A DNA stretch of 54,610 bases, filler included, from Diploschistes diacapsis (taxonomy: Eukaryota): assembly GCA_023645945.1 (NCBI GenBank). It is 4 parts of 4 records of this genome, joined end to end, with 100 filler letters (N's around TTAATTAATTAA, not from the genome) between each part and the next. Parts side by side here need not be neighbours in the genome. Positions count along the whole stretch, not along the records: positions 41,040 to 54,610 come from JALAIB010000646.1; 3 more parts are not named here. One strand, given 5' to 3'. The notes below the pieces were generated by a model. The model was not told the DNA's origin, made no database searches, and saw only the letters and a program-made list of their open reading frames with translations. Every line of letters begins with the position of its first letter. The first letter of the stretch is position 1. Of the stretch, positions 47,700 to 54,610 are shown piece by piece. The position numbers and the translations under genes are program-made.

Positions 47700-48578
47700 T
47701 ACTGACGCGCTGAAAAGACGTACCCCAAAACCGCAATTGCTCCGGGATCGAATATCATGGGCATAACTGATCGACCGTTAAGCCGATCCAGCGCTTCATG
47801 AAACAGCGAAGAATAAGGCCATGTGCAACCTGCAGTTCTCGTCTTTGAGTCGCTGTGGGCAAAGCTGGGAGATAGATGGAGGGAGATAAAGGACATTTGC
47901 GGAGGAGAGAAGAGAGGGAAAAGAGACGTACAAGAAGAATATCAACGGGTTTTCCCCCAAGCACGTGCGGCTCCTGGATCTCTTTGATCTGCGAGATAAG
48001 CCTGTCCAGCCGCTCGGTAACTTGCTGCATTGATCTTTAAGGTGTCAACAACGGCTTATCAGGGACAACCAGACCAGGGCATAAGGTACTCTCCACCCTC
48101 ACACCCATCTGACCAGATATCCCACTCCCTCTCCAGTTCCAGACCCCCTCTTCTTCCTTAAAAGTCTGATTTCCTTGTTTTTGAGCCCTTTATAATCGCT
48201 ATGATTCTACTCGGTAATGTTCTCGGTAAAGGTAACGGCGATATCGGAAGAGGGCGGTAGCAATAATTCGAAGGTTGTTTTGATCCTTATTCTCGGGCTG
48301 ACGAAGACGTGCACGAGGCGGCGTGGGTCGAGGAGTTTGTCGGCGCCTACGAGCCTCGCCGCTATCGAGGAGATCTGCGTAATATTAGTCTGGGTCAGCT
48401 CAATCTCCGTAGAGCCCGTGGAGCGGCCTGACTTGGCCTATTCCGTCTCTCTTGTTTGTGGAATGCGCATTGTTAATAAGCGGTTTATTTTGGAAGATGA
48501 CCTCCATTCGCAAGATGGAGAACTTTACCATGGCGAAACATAAATACATGGGGTGTCATGGCGTCTTGGTCGGGACAT
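47700..48578 (-). pseudogene. Histidine phosphatase (phosphoglycerate mutase family, SHB17-like) pseudogene with RIP-like damage
   Basis: MTPHVFMFRHG-ETE*AKSGRSTGSTEIELT..VFVSPR..E*NHSDYKGL..WDIWSDGCEGGE..RLDRLISQIK..VAHGLILRCF. TGG->TAG stops at 48438-48440 and 48207-48209. 3' end uncertain. Confidence 0.82.
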
Positions 48579-49256
48579 GCTGATGGTTTGTTATGATTAT
48601 TCGCTTGAAGTGTTACTCGGTTTTGGCCACAGTTCTTGCCGCAGCTATGCCCGAGTTGAAGAAGCTTGGCGGGCGGCCAACTCGGCAATCGCTAATGAAT
48701 GTTACGGTGCAGGAGGTCATGGGGTGTAAACAGCTCTTTCCCTGGGCACTTCCTCTACAACGAGCGTCATTGCACGAGAATCTCTCAGAAGCATTACACA
48801 GTTGCATTGCGTGTTTTCTATTTCTATCCGGGCAGGTAATCCACGACGTCCTGCCAGTAGCCTAAATCGCTTCGAATCTTCAAATGACGGTGGTGTTTGA
48901 TGATATTGATATTCATTTGATCTGGCTCCAAATCTCTCTGACCAAGTTGACTGCACGTTCTCGTACGTACGATGGTCTGATCCATGAATCAAGATCTTCA
49001 ATACATAGTTTATACCAAGGCCAGGCGAGGCGACCAACAAGAGAAAGCATCCGAATTGATATAGGATCCACCACGGTGCAGAAAGAAACCAAGAGAGCCA
49101 CGTAAAATGGATTGTAGCTCATCAGATCTTAGAAGGGGAAGAAGATATCCCCTTTTTGTAGGTTGTTGTCCGGATAACATCCTTAAAGATACAAGGCTTA
49201 GCACTACCGCGACAAGACGACTTCGCGAGCAAGGACTGAAGACTCACTACGTGATC

Positions 49257-49616
49257 TCAAAGATCTGCGTAACCCATCTGTTTTATATATTCGCGACATT
49301 TGTTCAGCACGGCGCCTCTTGACCTGCCTATCTGATCGCCAATTTCTCTCCAACCAAGGCCGGCTCCCCTTAAGCGAAGTGCCTTGGCCTTATCCGCAGG
49401 AAGCCACGGGCGAAGCTTCCCTGCATCTGATGGGTGTTTCTGGCTCCGATGGGCTTGAAGTTGCAGATATGTTGCGAAGTAAGTTTCTGGGTCACAACCA
49501 GGATGTCTGCAGCATAAAGGCAGAGAACATATATGATCCTCCGTTCCAATATCAAGGCGAAGAGTGCATCTCTTACACGCTGGCGGGTTGGCAACTGCTG
49601 CGTTTCTCGAGATCAT
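49257..49616 (-). CDS. Small protein with C2H2-like zinc finger and Myb-like/HTH domain
   Basis: CRHPGC-x14-H-x4-H followed by PWLPADKAKALRLRGAGLGWREIGDQIGRSRGAVLNKCR. Confidence 0.5.
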   Translation of the reverse strand: MISRNAAVANPPACKRCTLRLDIGTEDHICSLPLCCRHPGCDPETYFATYLQLQAHRSQKHPSDAGKLRPWLPADKAKALRLRGAGLGWREIGDQIGRSRGAVLNKCREYIKQMGYADL

Positions 49617-49700
49617 GATATGCTATATTCGAATAAGTTCTGGACAGCCCTTATCACCTTTCATCTACGATAATAGAAGATGGTAAATATTGAGTATGAT

Positions 49701-49811
49701 GGAGGAAGGAGGAGAGAGGAAAGAGGAAGGAGGGAAAGAAAAAAAAAAGGAGGAAGAAGGAAAGAGGAGGGAGGAAGGAGGGGAAGAAAAAAAAGGAGGA
49801 AGGAAGAAAAA
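49701..49811 (+). repeat. Pure polypurine tract (about 110 nt)
   Basis: Only G and A across the span; built from GGA/GGAA units and A runs. Confidence 0.85.
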
Positions 49812-52800
49812 TCACGAAGAGCTCTCTTTCTTGGATCATATGAGACAATTGCAGAACAGGAAAGCGATTGGTATATCGAACTGCGTTCAGCCACCGCGTA
49901 GACTCGCAGCCATTGCAGGAAGTTGCATAGACAGACAAGCTATGCACAATGTGTTATTAGGAATAGTTGTTTTTTGTCACTATTTCTGGTATGCACAAAG
50001 ACAGTGCTATGTCTATCCGAGGCCAGGATGGAACATGCATCTGACCTAGAGAATGTGCGCGATTCACTGCATCCGAAAGATTGGCTCTATTGTCTCTATA
50101 GAATAAGAAAACCTTGCAGCTCTGCCGTCGGGCCGTTTCCATGTTGGGGGTTGCAGGAAGACACCTTCAAATCAATTCTACCTGGTCGCAACAGAGCATA
50201 GTTCGTTGTCAATACGAGTATGCGGCCGTCAACAGACGTGATACCAGAGTCACTGCATAGGACCTGCCTGCAGGATCAGCTGTATGAACTGCTGCAGATC
50301 GGTCATGCTGATCAATGTCGGCTTGCTTTGAACGTTCCCCAGTAGTGCCGGCACTGTTTACGTGCTCGAAAAACAAGCATGCAAGTAGGCGGAGGCTTGC
50401 TTAACCCACATTGATCGTACAATTCCGTAGCAGTGCCAGGTGCGCCATTGCAGCATGCAGGAGGCAGGCAGCCTCTCGTATACGGAATGCCGCAGTCCCA
50501 GAGGTGCATGCATGCATATATTTGCATTAAGATTCCCGCCCCATGGCCTGCAACGGGTATTAGTTTCTTTTTAACGCTACAGCCGATGAAACTTTTTTAC
50601 CGCTGCAGCCGATTATCTGCTTGTGGTCTCGCATATGTCTATCAATGCAGTTCAATACCGGCACAATCCAGTATTGTTTGTCTTTTGGCTATGTGGCCTA
50701 GCCATCCTAAACTGGCGCTTCGTATATATGCGCGAGCCCGCACACGCTGATTTCCTGACCCGAATCTTAAACACTTATCTTTCCGAATAACTTCTCATAT
50801 TGACTTCTAGCTCTCTATAGGAGCAGAACTTTCCGTCTTACTACGACTGTGTGGTATATTGCATTCTTTTGCAAAGTCTTCTCTCGTTAACTGGACTGCT
50901 AGTCACACCACTGAAAGTTTTTACCTTCAGAGCAGCAATCATGTCGGGACCGAATCTTGGTGTCAATGCGTTAAGACAATGTCTTGGGGGTTCGGGCATC
51001 AGTTCTTGTCAATGCCACCAATGGATCACAGTCGGGATATGGTGCCTGTATTGTCGTGTAAGGACAAACATCTCTGAAAAACTCTTGGCTATGCGCTGTC
51101 ACTAACGGTACCGCTTTTTAAAGTCCAGAGGATGTAATCATCCTCCTCACAATGCAGTTTCTGCTGGACAGCACGCCAGAGATGAGGCACAATGGGCACA
51201 ATATCACTACTACTGCAGTTGGGCAACTTGAGTTTTGGGGTCTAATGTTTGCGGCATATTTAGATGCTGAGGCTTATAACCGGAGGAGAAAATGCTTTCA
51301 ATTACGAATGTATCTAATCTCTCATGATGCAGCAAGCATAGGCGAAGACCTGTTTGGCTATTAGAATGTCGAATTGTTACATCCCTTGAGGAGCTTGGTG
51401 TACCTCGGTCTCGTCCCAATCCAGTATTACATTGATCTATGCCGTGACCGAAAGAACCACTTGTATAAGAAGAGAACTTACTTTGGAGAAAGTAAGTACT
51501 TTCGTAAATCGAGATGTTCCAGCTCGAAGAGGACTTGACATCCTCTATGGGTCTAACGCTGTCACTATTTGGAGCTTATTCGTGTGTTTCATTGTTCAAC
51601 CCTGCATTGGCGGATACGCAGAGATGGAATCGACATGTGGGATCAGAAGTCTTTGAATCATTATAGGAAGGAAGCTCTTCTTCTTATCGTGTGAAATATA
51701 TATATACCCAGCAACTCCAGCTGACCACAACCTCTCGGAATTGCATATCCAACTTGCTGACTCTCCTCCGTCATGGCGAAAGAGCAAGGTATGTCACTCA
51801 ACACTTTACAATAGCCAGTTGGTAACCTCTGGCCAGCACAAGGATCCAAACAGATGGCGAATCCGAATTCCAATACTCATGTTTCCGGTGCCAGCCCCCG
51901 TGATGATAGCAACTCGGATACCAGGAGTGTTGCTTCGTCATGGTCCCAGGCAACCACAGTTTCGCAAGTCAGCTCCCGGACTGACGGGTCCCTCGTCTCT
52001 GACAGAGATGAAGGACCCTTCTATCGTCCCCAGCGTCAAATCAGAGAGCATTTGTGGACGTCGTCTTTGCAGTCCGGCGGTAATAGGGAGGACTTGTCAA
52101 AGATGCTGGAGACCAATCAAATCTTTACTCAGGACAATAGGCCAAGGTTCATCCGGAAATAGTGGGAAAACCCCTGTATTAATATAGACTTCCTGTATGG
52201 AAAGCTATATGACTTCTACTGTTTTGCTACTCTACCATAGACGGCAATGTAAAGCTCCGGCAGTTGGGTCATCGAGATGTGGCCCAGTGGAAGTGCAAGA
52301 CGTCAGACGGCCATTGGCGCAGCTTCGGTCGAGACGGCATCGCTACAAAACATGGACTCGAAGGCTGCAAGCAGCAAGCAGTCTTATCTCCTTCAGGAGC
52401 TGACAAGAGCGTCTAATGCAATCGAGCGCTATCCACTGGACAGCGCGTTTAGTCTTGACTGTCGTCAGTCAGGCTGTCCTTATACTTGTATCTTACCATT
52501 AAACCTGGCCTCAGGTGAACACAGCAACTGACTTGGAAGCATGGATCATCAAGCAAAATAAGGGGGTAAATAGAAACCGTAATGAATAATAATTTAGCTG
52601 TTGACATCTAAGTGATTTATAACGCTATGCGTGATGAATATGAAATCGCTTCGCGATCAGAGCAAAGCCCATAAGAAAGAATGGCTAGCTGGAGCTGTAG
52701 CGTTGAAGGCTATATAGAAAATAAATCATGGGTTTTCACCAATCCCTCCGAGTAATAGCGCTGACCCAGCATATGCTAAATATAAACGGTCGTGGTTTCA

Positions 52801-54465
52801 CGTATAAATACGGATTACCTAACACGGTTTTTCAGATTATTAAACAACTGTATGATAACCTCAACAGCTCGCCGCGAGAAAGGGCCAGATCTCGTCAGCT
52901 TTGAAGCCCCCACCCCCGTTACAGAAGCAGAGGTCTATCTCAGAGCTGGACGAAGCTCGGAATACTGATACCTGTTACACATTGAGTATCGAGACAGGGG
53001 GGGTGGGATCAGGAACCCCAAGAAGCTACTGAAGAGGCTGCAGAAGAGTGGCTAGAAGATTGACGCGCTCGGAGGGATACAGAGACCCTTGGCTAAAATT
53101 CGAGCCGCTCGAAGGAAGGAATAAGGGGAGATTGGAAAGAAGGCTATGTAAGTGATAGCCCTGGCTTTACAAACCATGGTAGATCCTGGTTTGCGCAAAG
53201 CTAGAAGCTCCCGGCAACTGAATTAATATATGACACTGCCTTCTGAGTGATAAGGTTTCCTGCCTTTGGACCTGCAGAAGCGGATTGGAACACACGAGGA
53301 TCGCATTCTGCCTCTGGTCGACGCACCGAACCCAGTCAATTTGGAGACCAAGATGATTAGCGCTGGATCTTTTAAGATGAGAGACTGTTCTTTCCACCTA
53401 CCAGTGGACCTTGCGATGGAACCATAGTCGTGTGCTTGCACTTCCCAGGAGGTGAGCTTGCAATGGTTTGACACCTTGTACTTGCGCTCGTAGGTATCGA
53501 AGCGCAGGGCGTAGAAAGCGACGAAGACTGGAGTTCTGATATTGTAGTGATCAATGGATCTGAGTGGTGAAGTGTATTGTATTGAATAATGATGATGACC
53601 AACTAGGTGGGCTAGCAAAGCACTATGTAGCCATTTTGGGCAGTAGCGATGTCGGGAAGACCTGCCCCCAGCAGCACCAGCTATGCTATTACAATATCCC
53701 CCTAACAAACAATGCTTATCCCCTCATAAGCTTGTAGCTAGAATCTATCCTTTCAATCAACAAAAGAGCTCGACACATTGTAATTTCAAAGGCACTTTTC
53801 CCCCATAGTAAATTCAAAGCTAAAAGAGCTCAATACAGTGCTCCAAACACGTCCAAAACAGCACCCCTAGCAGTCTTCATAACCTGCCGATTTGTATGCC
53901 CAGATCCTTGCTCTTTCTCCGTGTTCGCTGTCCGCAAAGAAGTTCAAGCCTCCTGCAGTAGATTTGGTGGCAGGAGAGAAGGTGGTAGGATGGTTGTGTT
54001 GAAGGTTGCAGAGACAGACGAAAGCGTTGAGAAGGAGGGTAAACCAGTACCCCAGGATTCCAGTATCCAGCTAGATCTTGGTGGCAGGAAGGAAGATAGG
54101 TGAATGGTGAGACCGACGGCTCGAGATGGTAATGGATATAGTTGATCTGGCTGATCTCTAGTGGCTGCTCCTGACAGGTGTTCGAGATCCTGGATCTTGT
54201 TGTTCAAAGGAATTCTTTCCTCTTATGGCAAAATATTTGCGGTCATTTATTTTAGCCATACTCGATAACGTATATGCATAACGAGCGGACACTCATAGCG
54301 AGTGGACATCCTTCACCCGATTTTACGAACTTTTAATTTTTGTATTAATTTTTTACGCGTACGATTATAGAATCATCTTTAATTAAAAATAAAATTATAA
54401 TAATACTTTAGGTTATTAAATAAGATCTATATTGTAAAATAAAACGCGTATTTTAGATATATAAA

Positions 54466-54610
54466 TAGCCTGGCCGTTTCGTGCCACGGTCACTGACACG
54501 GACACTATAACAAAAAATTTCAAAACACGGACATTAACACGGACACTATAGTTAAAATTTTAAAACACGGATATTAACACGGACACTATATTACAATAAA
54601 AGCACGGACA
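54466..54610. mobile_element. Probable DNA transposon end (hAT-like) with subterminal tandem repeats
   Basis: TAGCCTGGCC start, then about 40-bp units (at 54485, 54526, 54566, 54603), the complete ones carrying two CACGG(A/T) motifs. Adjacent DNA is AT-rich and the contig ends inside the array. Confidence 0.5.

Noticed and set aside
51741..54207. Several short ORFs of 60-160 aa
   Set aside because: Fragmented and no family recognised; possibly relic genes, but not supportable as features.

Overview
Filamentous ascomycete (Pezizomycotina) nuclear DNA with short GT-AG introns, CTRAY branch sites and RIP-like decay. The window is not contiguous. It is four contigs (1-13584, 13685-27262, 27363-40939, 41040-54610; lengths 13584, 13578, 13577, 13571) joined by identical artificial N44-TTAATTAATTAA-N44 linkers. 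Contig 1: complex I 24-kDa subunit (partial), GPI-type aspartic protease, DUF3824-like protein, VAC7 and a Tc1/mariner-like MITE. Contig 2: NAB3-like RRM protein, a Zn2Cys6 pseudogene, PTH4, UTP6 and CWH43. Contig 3: Uds1-domain coiled-coil protein, UapA/UapC purine permease, YeeE/YedE protein, an orphan protein and DPH3. Contig 4: MBA1/mL45, a sodium:solute-symporter-family transporter, then a decayed accessory region (ankyrin and SHB17-like pseudogenes, a small Zn-finger/HTH ORF, a transposon-like end). The strongest signal is a TPP riboswitch in intron 3 of the transporter gene. It has a long-range anti-aptamer pairing element beside the 5' splice site and an alternative donor that would introduce a premature stop. 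This architecture is known from Neurospora NCU01977, so it is a new instance rather than a new class. All calls come from reading the sequence and recalling family motifs; no searches were run.
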